Assembly (NCBI RefSeq): GCF_002945325.1
Contig: NZ_CP026606.1
Coordinates: forward strand, 1,682,919-1,714,918
From: Methanococcus maripaludis
GTDB lineage: Archaea > AGJL01 > Methanococci > Methanococcales > Methanococcaceae
Direction of reading: 5' to 3'
Length of the DNA: 32,000 nt
The notes under the pieces are model-generated. The model saw nothing but the letters and a program-made list of their open reading frames with translations. It ran no database searches and was not told the origin of the DNA. Position numbers and translations under genes: made by a program. Positions 9,535-19,909 of the stretch are shown here, piece by piece; the stretch's first letter is position 1; every line of letters starts with the position of its first letter.

Positions 9535-12500
9535 TTAATTTTCAAGTTCATTTAATGAATAAACTCCAAGTTCTCCAGATTTAATTGCTTCGATAGCTTT
9601 AATTGCAGCGTATGCTCCTTGTAATGTAGTCATGCATGGAATGTTTAATTCAACTGCAGCTCGTCTGATGAAGTATCCGTCAGTTTTAGCTTTGTCTCCT
9701 GAAGAAGTGTTTATAATTAAGTCGACTTCTCCTTTCTGCATTAAATCAAGAACGCTGTTCTGCATGCTTTCTGAGATTTTTCTAACTTCTCTTACAGGAA
9801 TGTCAAATAACCGAAGCTCTCTTGCAGTTCCTCTTGTAGCAACGATTTCAAAGCCTAAATTGTGGTATTTTTTAGCAATTTTTGTAATGTTGTCTTTATC
9901 CCTGTTCCTTACGCTTATAAAGACAGTTCCGGAAGTTGGAAGTTCCATGTTTGCAGAAAGCTGGGATTTGTAAAATGCTTTTCCAAAGTCCTGATCAATT
10001 CCGATTGCTTCACCTGTTGACTTCATTTCTGGGCTTAATACAGGGTCTACTCCTGGAAGTTTTAAGAATGGAAATACTGCTTCTTTAACGCTTACATATT
10101 TTGATTTAGCAAGTCCAAAATACCTCATTTCTTTTAATTTTTTGCCCATTATTGCATTTGTTGCAATTTTTGCAAGAGGTACTCCAACTGATTTACTTAC
10201 ATAAGGAATTGTTCTTGAAGCTCTAGGGTTTGCTTCGATAATATATACAACGCCGTCTTTTACGGCATACTGGATGTTTAATAATCCAATTACGCCAAGT
10301 TCCAGTGCAAGTTTTGTTGTATGTTCCGCAATTTTTTCAATTACTTCTTTTGAAAGAGTTTGAGGGGGAATTACACAAGCACTGTCCCCACTGTGGATTC
10401 CAGCTTCTTCAATGTGTTCCATAATCGCGCCAATAAATACGCTTTCTCCATCGCACACTGCATCGACATCGACTTCAACAGCTTCTTCTAAGAATTTATC
10501 AATTAAAATCGGGTGATCTGATGAAACTTTAACAGCTTCTCTCATGTAATCTTTTAAATCTTCCGTGTTATAGACAATCTGCATTGCACGACCTCCCAAC
10601 ACGTATGAGGGTCTAACAAGTGCAGGGTATCCGATTCTTTCAACAACCTTAAGAGCTTGCTCTTCACTAAATGCAGTTGCACCATCTGCCTGAGGTATTT
10701 TCAATTTTTCAAGCACGTGTATGAACTGATCTCTATCTTCTGCAAGGTCGATTGATTGGGGGGAAGTTCCTAAAATGTTTACTCCTGAATTGTAGAGTTT
10801 CATTGCAAGGTTAATTGCGGTCTGTCCACCGAATTGAACGATAACTCCAAGTAACTGTCCGTTTTTATTTTCATTTTCAATTATATTCATTATTTCTTCG
10901 TAAACTAATGGCTCAAAGTATAATTTGTCCGAAGTATCGTAGTCAGTACTTACGGTTTCAGGGTTGTTGTTTACAATTATTGCTTCGATTCCAAGTTCTT
11001 TCAGTGCAAAAATTGCGTGAACTGTTGAGTAATCAAATTCAACACCTTGTCCGATTCTAATTGGTCCAGAACCTAAAATTATTACTTTTTTTCTGTCCGA
11101 GGATACGCTTTCGTTCTGTTCTTTATCGAAGTACCTTTCGTATGCTGAGTAGTAGTATGGTGTTTTAGCTTCAAATTCTGCTGCACAAGTGTCCACCATC
11201 TTGTAAACTGGAATTACTTCGAGTCTTTTTCTAAGATCCCTTATCTCATTTTCAGTTTTTGAAAATATTTTTGAGATTTGAACGTCTGAAAATCCTAATG
11301 ATTTTGCTTTTAAAAGGATTTCTTTTAATTTTTCGTCATCTACTGGAAGTCTTGAAATTACTTCAAGTTCTTTTTTACAGTCGATAATTTTTTTGATTTT
11401 TTCAATGAAAAATGGATTTATTCCAGTTCTTTCACAAATTCCGTCAACACTCCATCCTTTATCGAGTGCGTAAGCAATTACAAAGAGTCTTTCATCTGTA
11501 GCATGTTCTAAAATATCAACAATTTCAGAATTCGAGTATTCTTTGTCTTTTCCATCAGCAATTATTCCAAATCTTCCGATATCCAAACTTCTAACTGCTT
11601 TTTGAAGAGCTTCTTCAAGGTTTCTTCCAATTGCCATGATTTCTCCCGTGGATTTCATGGAAGTTCCAAGTTTTTTGTCAACAGTTCTAAATTTATCAAA
11701 CGGCCATCTTGGAATTTTTACTACAACGTAGTCTATTGTAGGCTCAAAGCTTGCTGGTGTTTCTTTTGTAACGTCATTTTGTATTTCATCGAGTGTTCTT
11801 CCAATTGCAATTTTTGCAGCGATTTTTGCAATCGGGTATCCTGTTGCTTTACTTGCAAGTGCAGAACTTCTTGAAACTCTCGGATTTACTTCGATTACAA
11901 CGTAATCAGTCATTTCAGGGTTTACTGCAAACTGAACGTTACAGCCACCTTCAATTTTCAAGTGTCTGATAATTTGCAATGATGCATCTCTTAATTTTTG
12001 GTGGAATTCATCGCTTAAGGTCTGTGAAGGCGCAGTTACGATACTTTCTCCAGTGTGTATTCCCATTGGATCGATGTTTTCCATGTTACATACAACAATG
12101 CAGGTATCGTTTTTATCCCTCATTACTTCGTATTCGTATTCTTTCCAGCCTAAAAGACTCTGATCAATTAAAACTTGTTTGATCATCGAGTATTTTAATC
12201 CTTTTTTTGTAATTTCAATTAATTCGTCTTCGTTATTTGCAATTCCACCACCTGTTCCTCCAAGGGTGAATGCAGGCCTTACAATTGCAGGATATCCAAG
12301 TTCCTTAGTAGCTTCAATTGCTTCCTCAACACTATGGACAGCTGCAGATTTTGCAATAGGTTGGTTAATTTCTTCCATTGCTTTATTGAATAAATCTCTA
12401 TCTTCTGAAGTTTCAATTACGCTTTCAGTTGAACCCAAAAGTTCAACACCGTGTTTTTCCAAGATTCCGCGTTTTGAAAGTTCCATTGCAAGATTTAAAC

Positions 12501-12780
12501 CAGTCTGACCGCCCATTGTTGGGAGAATTGCATCAGGCTGTTCTTTTTCAATGATTTTTTCCAATATTTTTGGATTTAATGGTTCCAAGTAAACCTTATC
12601 TGCAATATTTGTATCGGTTTGAATGGTTGCAGGGTTTGAATTTACTAAAATTGTATAAATTCCCTCTTCTTTTAAAGATTTACAAGCTTGCGAGCCAGAA
12701 AAATCAAACTCTGCTGCCTGTCCGATAACAATGGGGCCAGAACCCAAAATCATTACCTTTTTTATATCCTCTCTTTTCAA
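9535..12780 (-). CDS. carB: Carbamoyl-phosphate synthase large subunit (unsplit, 1081 aa)
   Basis: Two ATP-grasp halves, an oligomerisation domain and an MGS-like C-terminus, with full-length family motifs. TTG start preceded by GGTGG. Confidence 0.95.
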   Translation of the reverse strand: MKREDIKKVMILGSGPIVIGQAAEFDFSGSQACKSLKEEGIYTILVNSNPATIQTDTNIADKVYLEPLNPKILEKIIEKEQPDAILPTMGGQTGLNLAMELSKRGILEKHGVELLGSTESVIETSEDRDLFNKAMEEINQPIAKSAAVHSVEEAIEATKELGYPAIVRPAFTLGGTGGGIANNEDELIEITKKGLKYSMIKQVLIDQSLLGWKEYEYEVMRDKNDTCIVVCNMENIDPMGIHTGESIVTAPSQTLSDEFHQKLRDASLQIIRHLKIEGGCNVQFAVNPEMTDYVVIEVNPRVSRSSALASKATGYPIAKIAAKIAIGRTLDEIQNDVTKETPASFEPTIDYVVVKIPRWPFDKFRTVDKKLGTSMKSTGEIMAIGRNLEEALQKAVRSLDIGRFGIIADGKDKEYSNSEIVDILEHATDERLFVIAYALDKGWSVDGICERTGINPFFIEKIKKIIDCKKELEVISRLPVDDEKLKEILLKAKSLGFSDVQISKIFSKTENEIRDLRKRLEVIPVYKMVDTCAAEFEAKTPYYYSAYERYFDKEQNESVSSDRKKVIILGSGPIRIGQGVEFDYSTVHAIFALKELGIEAIIVNNNPETVSTDYDTSDKLYFEPLVYEEIMNIIENENKNGQLLGVIVQFGGQTAINLAMKLYNSGVNILGTSPQSIDLAEDRDQFIHVLEKLKIPQADGATAFSEEQALKVVERIGYPALVRPSYVLGGRAMQIVYNTEDLKDYMREAVKVSSDHPILIDKFLEEAVEVDVDAVCDGESVFIGAIMEHIEEAGIHSGDSACVIPPQTLSKEVIEKIAEHTTKLALELGVIGLLNIQYAVKDGVVYIIEANPRASRTIPYVSKSVGVPLAKIATNAIMGKKLKEMRYFGLAKSKYVSVKEAVFPFLKLPGVDPVLSPEMKSTGEAIGIDQDFGKAFYKSQLSANMELPTSGTVFISVRNRDKDNITKIAKKYHNLGFEIVATRGTARELRLFDIPVREVRKISESMQNSVLDLMQKGEVDLIINTSSGDKAKTDGYFIRRAAVELNIPCMTTLQGAYAAIKAIEAIKSGELGVYSLNELEN

Positions 12781-12840
12781 AATTCCACCTTAGGATACTT
12801 TTCCATATAATATGTTATTCTCGTTTTTAAACTCTATGCT

Positions 12841-12848
12841 AATATAAA
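12841..12848 (-). promoter_or_regulatory. Candidate TATA box for carB
   Basis: Minus-strand TTTATATT lies ~60 nt upstream of the carB TTG start. Confidence 0.35.
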
Positions 12849-13068
12849 ATTCAAATTGTCAAAGTATATCCAAAGACCAATATTTAAATTATCCGCTCGA
12901 AATAATTTCAAATGTTCCGAATCGATTGAAATAAAGTTTTATAAAATTATAAAAAAATAGAATTTAATTAAAATGTTACTAATTCAGTTGCGAGTTTTGC
13001 GAGTTTTTTTCTTTGTAATTTTAAAGACATTATGGTATTTTATAGGTTTTTCAGCATAACAATATTTT

Positions 13069-13818
13069 ATGAAAATGTTATCGTGGAATGTAAATGGGAT
13101 TCGTGCATGTTTGAAAAATGGCTTCATGGATTTTTTAGAACGTGAAAGTCCTGACATCATGTGCATACAAGAGACAAAAGTGCAAAGTGGACAGGTCCAG
13201 CTTGGACTTGACGGTTATTTTCAGTACTGGAATTACGCAGAACGAAAAGGTTATTCTGGAACTGCAATTTTTACAAAAATAAAACCAAATAACGTTATAT
13301 TGGGGATGGAAAACAGTGAGCACAACAATGAAGGAAGGGTAATTACTCTTGAATTTGACGAATACTATTTAGTGAATGTTTACACTCCAAATTCTCAAAG
13401 GGGCCTTACAAGGCTTGAATATCGGCAAAAATGGGATGAAGACTTTTTAAATTACATAAAAACCCTTGAAACTAAAAAACCAGTGGTATTTTGTGGGGAC
13501 TTAAATGTTGCACACAAAGAAATCGATTTAAAAAATCCGAAAACTAATGTAAAAAATGCAGGATTCACTCCTGAAGAAAGAAGTGGGTTTGACAATATTG
13601 TAAATTCTGGATTTTTAGATACTTTCAGGGAATTTAACAAAGAAACTGATAATTATTCTTGGTGGAGCTACCGATTTAATGCAAGGGCAAAAAACATAGG
13701 CTGGAGAATTGATTATTTTTGTATTTCGAAAAGTTTAAGGGATAATTTAAAAAATGCATTTATAATGCCTGAAATAATGGGTTCAGACCACTGTCCTGTG
13801 GGAATTATATTTGAATAG
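13069..13818 (+). CDS. xth: Exodeoxyribonuclease III / AP endonuclease (ExoIII-APE1 family)
   Basis: SWNVNG, CIQETK, GDLNVAH and SDHCPV motifs. No SD before the ATG, and a TATA-like TTTTATAG lies ~25 nt upstream, so the mRNA may be leaderless. Confidence 0.9.
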   Translation: MKMLSWNVNGIRACLKNGFMDFLERESPDIMCIQETKVQSGQVQLGLDGYFQYWNYAERKGYSGTAIFTKIKPNNVILGMENSEHNNEGRVITLEFDEYYLVNVYTPNSQRGLTRLEYRQKWDEDFLNYIKTLETKKPVVFCGDLNVAHKEIDLKNPKTNVKNAGFTPEERSGFDNIVNSGFLDTFREFNKETDNYSWWSYRFNARAKNIGWRIDYFCISKSLRDNLKNAFIMPEIMGSDHCPVGIIFE

Positions 13819-13840
13819 ATCTTCTGAAAAAATCTGTTCC

Positions 13841-13858
13841 TTACTTTTTTATTTTTTA
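13841..13858 (+). terminator. Oligo-T terminator after xth
   Basis: T6 at 13845-13850 and T6 at 13852-13857. Confidence 0.5.
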
Positions 13859-13971
13859 AAGATATTATTCTAGAGTTATTTTAATTTTTAAAATCGATAA
13901 GCTTTTTAAGCGATACCGCATTACATTTAAGAGAACAATTTTTGAAAAGGATTTTAGAAACAGTGATAATT

Positions 13972-15639
13972 ATGAAAGATACTGTAATGGCATATCTACT
14001 TGAAAATTCGATTAAATTCAAAGGAAAACCAAATCCAAAAGCTGCAATGGGAAAAATACTTGGAGAAAACCCTGATTTAAGAAGTAAAGTTAAAGAAGTA
14101 AACCAGGTTATTTCGGAAGTTTTAAAAGAAATTGAAACAATGTCCCTTGAAGAACAGCAGGCAAAATTAAACGAACTTGCTCCAGAAGGGTTTGGACAAA
14201 AAACAGAAAGAAAAAAAAAGGAAATTGAACTGAAAAACGTTAAAGGAAATGTTGTAATGAGATTTGCACCAAATCCTTCAGGACCCCTTCATATCGGACA
14301 CGCAAGAGCATCCGTATTAAACGACTTTTTCTCAAAAAAATACAATGGAAAACTTGTTTTAAGACTTGAAGACACCGATGCTAAAAGAGTTCTTCCAGAA
14401 GCTTACGAAATGATTCAGGAAGATTTAAAATGGCTTGGAGTAAAAGTCGATGAAGTAATTGTACAATCAGAAAGGCTTGAAATTTACTACGAATACGGTA
14501 GAAAATTAATTGAAATGGGACACGCTTACGTTTGCGATTGCGATGCAGATGAATTTAGAACTTTAAGAGAACAGGGAATTCCTTGTAAATGTAGGGATAC
14601 TACTCCAGAAGAAAATATTGCATTATGGGAAAAAATGCTCGCTGGAGAACTTGATAATGTTGCAGTAAGATTGAAAACAGATATTGCACACAAAAACCCA
14701 TCAATTAGGGATTTTCCAATATTTAGAATTGAAAGAACCCCTCACCCAAAAAATGGAACAAAATATCACGTATATCCTTTAATGAATCTTTCAGTAACTG
14801 TTGATGACCATTTGCTTGGTATGACACACGTTTTAAGGGGAAAAGACCACATAGTAAACACAGAAAAACAAGAATATATTTATAACTACCTTGGATGGGA
14901 TATTCCAGAATATGTTCACTACGGAATTTTAAAAATAGAAGGGCCTGTTTTAAGTACTTCAAAAATGCATGCAGGAATTTTAAGCGGAGAATACTCCGGC
15001 TGGGACGATGCAAGGCTTGGAACATTGAGGGCTCTCAGAAAAAGAGGAATAAGGCCAGAAGCACTCTACAAATTAATGGTTGAAATTGGAATAAAACAAG
15101 CAGACGTTAGATTTGCCTGGGAAAACCTTTACGCTGCAAACAAAGATATAATCGATAAAGATGCGAGAAGATTCTTCTTTGTAGAAAGTCCGAAAAAATT
15201 AGTAATTTCTGGTGCAGAAAATAGGAAAATTGATCTTAGAATGCACCCTGATAGAAGCGAACTTGGAAACAGGGAACTGTTATTCGACGGCGAAATATAC
15301 GTTTCAGACGATCTTGAAGCTGGAAAAATGTATCGACTAATGGAATTATTCAATATTGTTGTTGAACGGGTTGAAAATGATATTATCTATGCAAAATACG
15401 ACAGCGATGACTTTAAAGTTGCGAAAACTAATAAAGCAAGTATCATTCACTGGATTCCTGTAAAAAACAGCATTCCTGTAACGGTTATCGATGAAAATGC
15501 TGAAAAAATAGAAGGATTTGCAGAAAAAGACTTTTCAGTTGTAAAAGAAGATGATTTTGTCCAGTTTGAAAGATTTGGATTTGTAAGAATTGACGAAAAA
15601 GAAGATAATGGATATACCTGCTATTTTACCCACAAATAA
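13972..15639 (+). CDS. gltX: Glutamyl-tRNA synthetase (archaeal type)
   Basis: Class I HIGH motif ([12 protein letters not shown]) and a KMSKS-like LSTSKM. ATG 13972 is preceded by GTGAT; the track's TTG at 13942 lacks an RBS. Confidence 0.9.
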   Translation: MKDTVMAYLLENSIKFKGKPNPKAAMGKILGENPDLRSKVKEVNQVISEVLKEIETMSLEEQQAKLNELAPEGFGQKTERKKKEIELKNVKGNVVMRFAPNPSGPLHIGHARASVLNDFFSKKYNGKLVLRLEDTDAKRVLPEAYEMIQEDLKWLGVKVDEVIVQSERLEIYYEYGRKLIEMGHAYVCDCDADEFRTLREQGIPCKCRDTTPEENIALWEKMLAGELDNVAVRLKTDIAHKNPSIRDFPIFRIERTPHPKNGTKYHVYPLMNLSVTVDDHLLGMTHVLRGKDHIVNTEKQEYIYNYLGWDIPEYVHYGILKIEGPVLSTSKMHAGILSGEYSGWDDARLGTLRALRKRGIRPEALYKLMVEIGIKQADVRFAWENLYAANKDIIDKDARRFFFVESPKKLVISGAENRKIDLRMHPDRSELGNRELLFDGEIYVSDDLEAGKMYRLMELFNIVVERVENDIIYAKYDSDDFKVAKTNKASIIHWIPVKNSIPVTVIDENAEKIEGFAEKDFSVVKEDDFVQFERFGFVRIDEKEDNGYTCYFTHK

Positions 15640-15642
15640 TTT

Positions 15643-15670
15643 AACTTTTTTAGATTTTAATTTATTTTTA
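15643..15670 (+). terminator. Oligo-T terminator after gltX
   Basis: T6 at 15646-15651 with further T-runs downstream. Confidence 0.45.
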
Positions 15671-15747
15671 AAATTCACGATTTTTTTAATATGAATTTAT
15701 AAGTAATTTAAAAAGATAAACTAACTTTAAACAACAAGTGATTTCAA

Positions 15748-16644
15748 ATGGAAAGTCAAAAAAAGATTTTAAAACTAACAGTTGATTCAAAAATTGTTGG
15801 AAACAAGTTAATCGATGTTTTAAAGGACAATTTTGAACTTTCAAATAAAATGATAAAAAAATTTGACAAAGAAAATAAAATTTTTGTAAATTCTAAAAAT
15901 ATCTCCTTAAAATCAAAATTAAAAGAAAATGAAACCGTTTATGTTGAAATTGATTGTGGAATCAATACAATTGATCCCGAAAACTTAGCCCTAAATATAA
16001 TTTACGAAGATGACGATTTATTGATTGTCGATAAACCAAAAAATATGGTTGTTCACCCTACTAAAAATGTGCTATCGAAAACACTTGCAAATGCAGTTTC
16101 AAATCACCAGAAAATAAATAATCAGAACTACAAAATAAGATTTGTAAACCGTCTTGATATGGACACTACTGGACTTTTAATCATTGCAAAAGATCCATAT
16201 TCTCATCAACGTCTTGCAAAACAGATGGATGAAGGAATTTTGGAAAAGATATATATTGCGGTAGTAAATGGGCATCTGGATTTAAAAGAAGGAATTATTG
16301 AAGATTCAATCGATTTAAATGACGACGGTATAAAAAGAGAATTATCTAATGTTGGAAAAATTTCTAAAACTAAATACAAAGTAATCGAAGAACTCAAAAA
16401 TGCATCAATTCTTGAAATAAAATTACTTACCGGCAGAACTCACCAGATAAGGGTGCATTTATCAAGTACTGGAAATTATATAATTGGAGATACTCTTTAT
16501 GGTGAAATTTCTAATTTAATTGAGAGACAAGCTCTTCATTCGTATATTTTAAGATTTATTCATCCAATTACAAAAGAAAAAATGGAATTTTCATCAAAAC
16601 TGCCAGATGATATGGAAAATCTCATAAAAAATTTGAAAGAGTAA
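15748..16644 (+). CDS. RluA-family pseudouridine synthase (RluD-like, with an N-terminal S4-like region)
   Basis: Catalytic motif [11 protein letters not shown]-like ([15 protein letters not shown]) and [10 protein letters not shown]. Confidence 0.85.
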   Translation: MESQKKILKLTVDSKIVGNKLIDVLKDNFELSNKMIKKFDKENKIFVNSKNISLKSKLKENETVYVEIDCGINTIDPENLALNIIYEDDDLLIVDKPKNMVVHPTKNVLSKTLANAVSNHQKINNQNYKIRFVNRLDMDTTGLLIIAKDPYSHQRLAKQMDEGILEKIYIAVVNGHLDLKEGIIEDSIDLNDDGIKRELSNVGKISKTKYKVIEELKNASILEIKLLTGRTHQIRVHLSSTGNYIIGDTLYGEISNLIERQALHSYILRFIHPITKEKMEFSSKLPDDMENLIKNLKE

Positions 16645-16666
16645 AATTCGTGTGTTGTGGGAAAAA

Positions 16667-17923
16667 ATGGTACTTTTAAAAAATGGAAAAATCGTGTCTG
16701 AGAATAAAATAACTGAATCTGATATCTTAATCGAAGATGGAATAATTCAAAAAATTGAAAAAAATATTGATTATTCTGGTGAAATAATTGATTTAAAAGG
16801 AAATTATGTTTTTCCAGGAATAATTGATTCACACGTTCACTTTCGTTGGGGAAATCCCGAAAAAGAAGATTTTGTTTCCGGAAGTGAAGCTGCAATTGCT
16901 GGTGGAATTGTTTATGCAATAGATATGCCAAATAACACGCCTCCTGTAACTACAAAAGACATATTTTACAAAAAAATGAAAGAAGGAAATGAACAAAGCA
17001 AGATAAATTTGTATTTTGCTTACGGAGTTACGGAAAATAACTATTTAGAAAATGTCGAAGAAGCGATATTTTATAAAATTTTTATGGTAAAATCAGTCGG
17101 CGACCTTTTTATTAGTGATTACTCAAAATTAAGGGAAATTCTTGATCAAAACAAGATTTTTGCAATTCACGCAGAACATAAAAGTATAATTTCCGAAAAT
17201 TCCAAAAAATACGAACTAAATAGTTTCGAAAACCACTGTAAAATCAGAAGTCGAGAAAGTGAGATTGAAGCAGTTAGGGAAGTTTTAAATGTTTTACAAA
17301 AAATTGATAAAGAAAGTAAAAATAAGCCTCACGTTCATTTCTGCCATATTTCAGTTAAAGAAGCGCTTGATTTAATAAAAAATGCCAAAAAAACTTTTAA
17401 AAATGTAAAAGTTACTGTTGAAGTGTCCCCTCACCATTTATTTTTAAATTCAAAAATGGCCGAAGATTTGAAAGGATGTGGAAAATTTAACCCTCCATTA
17501 AGGGAAGAAGCAGATAATCTAGCACTATTAAATGGAATTATCGATGGAACGGTGGATATCGTTGCAACGGACCACGCGCCCCATTTAATCGATGAAAAAC
17601 TAAATTTGGTCGAAAACTGCCCTTCAGGAATTCCTGGAATCGAAACACTAGTGCCATTGATTATGAATTTGGTAAACGAAGAAAAAATTTCAATTTTTGA
17701 TGCATACAGAGTTTTATCAAGAAATCCTTCAGAAATTTTTAAAATAAATAATAAGATCAAAGTTGGAAATAACGCGAATATGACTGTTGTTGATATGGAC
17801 AAAGAATACAAAATATCTGCCAAAGATTTTAAATCAAAGGCTAAATTCACGCCTTTTGAAGGAAAAACCGTTAAAGGAAAGCCTTCTGCAACATTGGTTA
17901 ATGGGAAGATATATATATTATAA
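16667..17923 (+). CDS. pyrC: Dihydroorotase (amidohydrolase superfamily)
   Basis: DSHVHFR metal-binding motif and ATDHAPH. The start is set at ATG 16667 ([10 protein letters not shown]). Confidence 0.85.
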   Translation: MVLLKNGKIVSENKITESDILIEDGIIQKIEKNIDYSGEIIDLKGNYVFPGIIDSHVHFRWGNPEKEDFVSGSEAAIAGGIVYAIDMPNNTPPVTTKDIFYKKMKEGNEQSKINLYFAYGVTENNYLENVEEAIFYKIFMVKSVGDLFISDYSKLREILDQNKIFAIHAEHKSIISENSKKYELNSFENHCKIRSRESEIEAVREVLNVLQKIDKESKNKPHVHFCHISVKEALDLIKNAKKTFKNVKVTVEVSPHHLFLNSKMAEDLKGCGKFNPPLREEADNLALLNGIIDGTVDIVATDHAPHLIDEKLNLVENCPSGIPGIETLVPLIMNLVNEEKISIFDAYRVLSRNPSEIFKINNKIKVGNNANMTVVDMDKEYKISAKDFKSKAKFTPFEGKTVKGKPSATLVNGKIYIL

Positions 17924-17970
17924 TCTTTCTAAAACATATTATACTATGTAAACTTTAGAACGGTGGTAAA

Positions 17971-18066
17971 ATGACGTATAGGTCGGAACAGTCGGAAACA
18001 AAAGTAGAATCATTATGTAAATTAAGTTCATTTGAATGTGTTGTTTTATTCCAGTGGTGGCAGTAA
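17971..18066 (+). CDS. Candidate trp leader peptide, 31 aa: MTYRSEQSETKVESLCKLSSFECVVLFQWWQ*
   Basis: Hand-translated and too short for the ORF track. GGTGG SD at 17962-17966 lies 4 nt before the ATG. Tandem TGG TGG at 18055-18060 sits two codons before the TAA stop. The ORF lies 189 nt upstream of trpC. Confidence 0.5.
   Translation: MTYRSEQSETKVESLCKLSSFECVVLFQWWQ
17982..18000 (+). repeat. Tandem direct repeat GTCGGAACA / GTCGGAAACA inside the leader ORF
   Basis: Read directly from the sequence. It is unusually GC-rich for this genome's spacers. Confidence 0.6.
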
Positions 18067-18086
18067 TCACTGTGTAATTTGTTAGT

Positions 18087-18117
18087 GGACGCTATAGTCC
18101 GGTTAATTAGTATTTTT
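18087..18117 (+). terminator. Weak hairpin (GGAC-N6-GTCC) followed by T5; candidate attenuator/terminator after the leader ORF
   Basis: GGAC at 18087-18090 pairs with GTCC at 18097-18100, plus one U-G wobble. TTTTT at 18113-18117. Archaeal RNA polymerase terminates at oligo-T. Confidence 0.3.
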
Positions 18118-18181
18118 GCAGTTGTTATCAAGAATTTAGAGATATCAGTATAGTTAATATTAATATATCTAACAATACGGA

Positions 18182-18193
18182 TTAATATAAAAA
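18182..18193 (+). promoter_or_regulatory. TATA-like element proximal to trpC (TTAATATAAAAA)
   Basis: ~62-73 nt upstream of the trpC ATG. This would place a transcription start near 18210-18216, downstream of the leader ORF. Confidence 0.35.
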
Positions 18194-18254
18194 TTCTAAG
18201 TATCGACTACACGGTTCATCAATTTATTCAAGATTTAAATTTTAGAGGGCAGTT

Positions 18255-18944
18255 ATGACCATAAATTTTAAAAAACAGGCAAATGCCATAAAAAATTTTG
18301 ACAAAAACCCAATAATCGCGGAAATTAAAGTTCATTCTCCAAAATATGGCGATTTGTTGAAAGGAAGATCTGAAATGGATATTTTAAGAATATATGAAGA
18401 AGCTGGAGCAGTTGGAATTTCATATATTACTGATAAACAGCATTTCAACGGAAACTTTGACATGTTTAAAAAGATCTGCGAAAACACCGAACTTCCAGTT
18501 TTAAGAAAAGATTTTCTAACAACAAAAGACGAAATTGAAAAAACAGCAAGTGCCGGGGCAAGTACCGTTTTGATAATTGCAAGATTATTGAAAGAAAAAA
18601 CAGCTGAATTTGTAGATTTTGCACTCGAATGCGGGCTTGATACGCTTGTTGAAGTTCATAACACAGAAGAAATTGAAATTGCTAAATCTACGAACACAAC
18701 AATGATTGGAATAAACAACAGGGATATTTCAAAATTGGAACTTGATGATGGAACTGTTTCACTAACTGAAAATCTTGCAGATTTAATTCCAAAAGACAGA
18801 ATTCTTGTCAGTGAAAGTGGAATTGCTAATTTAACCGATTTAAAAACTGCATTAAAATATGCAGATGCTGCATTGATTGGAACATCATTCATGACAGCCG
18901 AAAACCAAAACGAGTTCGTAAAAAGTTTTGTTGAGGGAAAATAA
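18255..18944 (+). CDS. trpC: Indole-3-glycerol-phosphate synthase
   Basis: Family similarity (IAEIK..SP, LRKDF, SESGI). AGAGGG RBS. First gene of the operon. Confidence 0.85.
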   Translation: MTINFKKQANAIKNFDKNPIIAEIKVHSPKYGDLLKGRSEMDILRIYEEAGAVGISYITDKQHFNGNFDMFKKICENTELPVLRKDFLTTKDEIEKTASAGASTVLIIARLLKEKTAEFVDFALECGLDTLVEVHNTEEIEIAKSTNTTMIGINNRDISKLELDDGTVSLTENLADLIPKDRILVSESGIANLTDLKTALKYADAALIGTSFMTAENQNEFVKSFVEGK

Positions 18945-19909
18945 TGTTAAACAAACTAATTGAACGTGAGAATTTATCATTTGAAGAATCATATGAATTA
19001 TTTAACATGCTTTTAAATGAAAGTGAAATGAGAATAGCAGCTTATTTGGTGGCATTACAGACAAAAGGCCTAACTGCTGATGAAATTGCAGGATTTGCAA
19101 AAGCAATGAGGGATAATGCAGTTAAAATTGACCTTGGGGAAGTTACTGACACTTGCGGAACTGGCGGGGACGGTTCAAAAACAATAAACGTGAGCACAGC
19201 AGTTTCAATAATTCTTTCATGTTTTACAAAAGTTGCAAAACACGGAAACGTTTCAATTACTTCAAACAGTGGTTCGGCAAATGTTTACGAAGCACTTGGC
19301 TGTAAAATTCCAGAAACTCCTGAAGATGCAAAAAAATCAATGGATAAAACAAATTTCGCATTTTTGTTTGCTCAAAAATACCATCCTGCACTTAAAAAAA
19401 TAATGCCTGTTAGAAACGAACTGAAAGTAAAAACAATATTTAATATTTTGGGACCTCTTGCAAACCCTGCAAACCCAAAATACCAGATACTCGGAGTAAA
19501 CTCTTCAGAATTATGTGATAATGTTGCAATTGCGTTATCAAAAGTTGGGGGCATTAAAAAAGCGCTTGTGGTATATGGTAATGGACTTGATGAGTTAACT
19601 CCAAATGGCACTTCAAAGATAACTGAATATGACGGAAAATTTGACACTTACGAAGTAACTCCAAAAGACTTTGGATTGAACTACTCAAAAATAATTCCTT
19701 GTGAAAGTCCTGATGAAAGTGCAAAAAGATTAATTGATGTATTTTCGGGAAAAATCAATGAAGACAGGAATTTTATATTGATGAATGCTGCAGCTGCACT
19801 TTATACTTCAGAAATAGCGTCAGACTTCTTAGATGGTGTTGAAATTGCAAAAGAAGCGATCGAATCTGGAAAAGTCCTTAAAAAACTTGAGGAGATAAGA
19901 AATGTATAA
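18944..19909 (+). CDS. trpD: Anthranilate phosphoribosyltransferase
   Basis: CGTGGDG and KHGN motifs. TAATG overlap with the trpC stop. Confidence 0.9.
   Translation: MLNKLIERENLSFEESYELFNMLLNESEMRIAAYLVALQTKGLTADEIAGFAKAMRDNAVKIDLGEVTDTCGTGGDGSKTINVSTAVSIILSCFTKVAKHGNVSITSNSGSANVYEALGCKIPETPEDAKKSMDKTNFAFLFAQKYHPALKKIMPVRNELKVKTIFNILGPLANPANPKYQILGVNSSELCDNVAIALSKVGGIKKALVVYGNGLDELTPNGTSKITEYDGKFDTYEVTPKDFGLNYSKIIPCESPDESAKRLIDVFSGKINEDRNFILMNAAAALYTSEIASDFLDGVEIAKEAIESGKVLKKLEEIRNV

Noticed and set aside
9632-12508. Several 67-113-aa ORFs antisense to carB (9632..9973, 11602..11874, 11979..12182, 12179..12508)
   Set aside because: They lie entirely inside a strongly supported 1081-aa gene on the other strand and have low-complexity, Ser/Phe/Cys-rich products. 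This is typical of antisense frames in AT-rich coding DNA. The same reasoning applies to the other short antisense ORFs on the track (e.g. 1148..1348, 1740..2027, 4109..4363, 7194..7454, 17431..17850, 22161..22553, 25281..25655, 30442..30825).
9535-12780. carB is one continuous gene, whereas I recall it being split in M. jannaschii
   Set aside because: A fused carB is the common state in most organisms, including other methanococci. It is not anomalous.
16560-16931. 123-aa minus-strand ORF spanning the rluA-like/pyrC junction
   Set aside because: It overlaps two well-supported plus-strand genes, its product is Gln/Phe/Leu-rich and repetitive, and it has no RBS.
17924-18254. Known bacterial Trp-sensing RNA mechanisms in the trp leader (T-box, or TRAP-type (G/U)AG triplet arrays)
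   Set aside because: There is no series of regularly spaced GAG/UAG triplets and no T-box specifier/antiterminator architecture visible. Only the leader-peptide-type signal is present.
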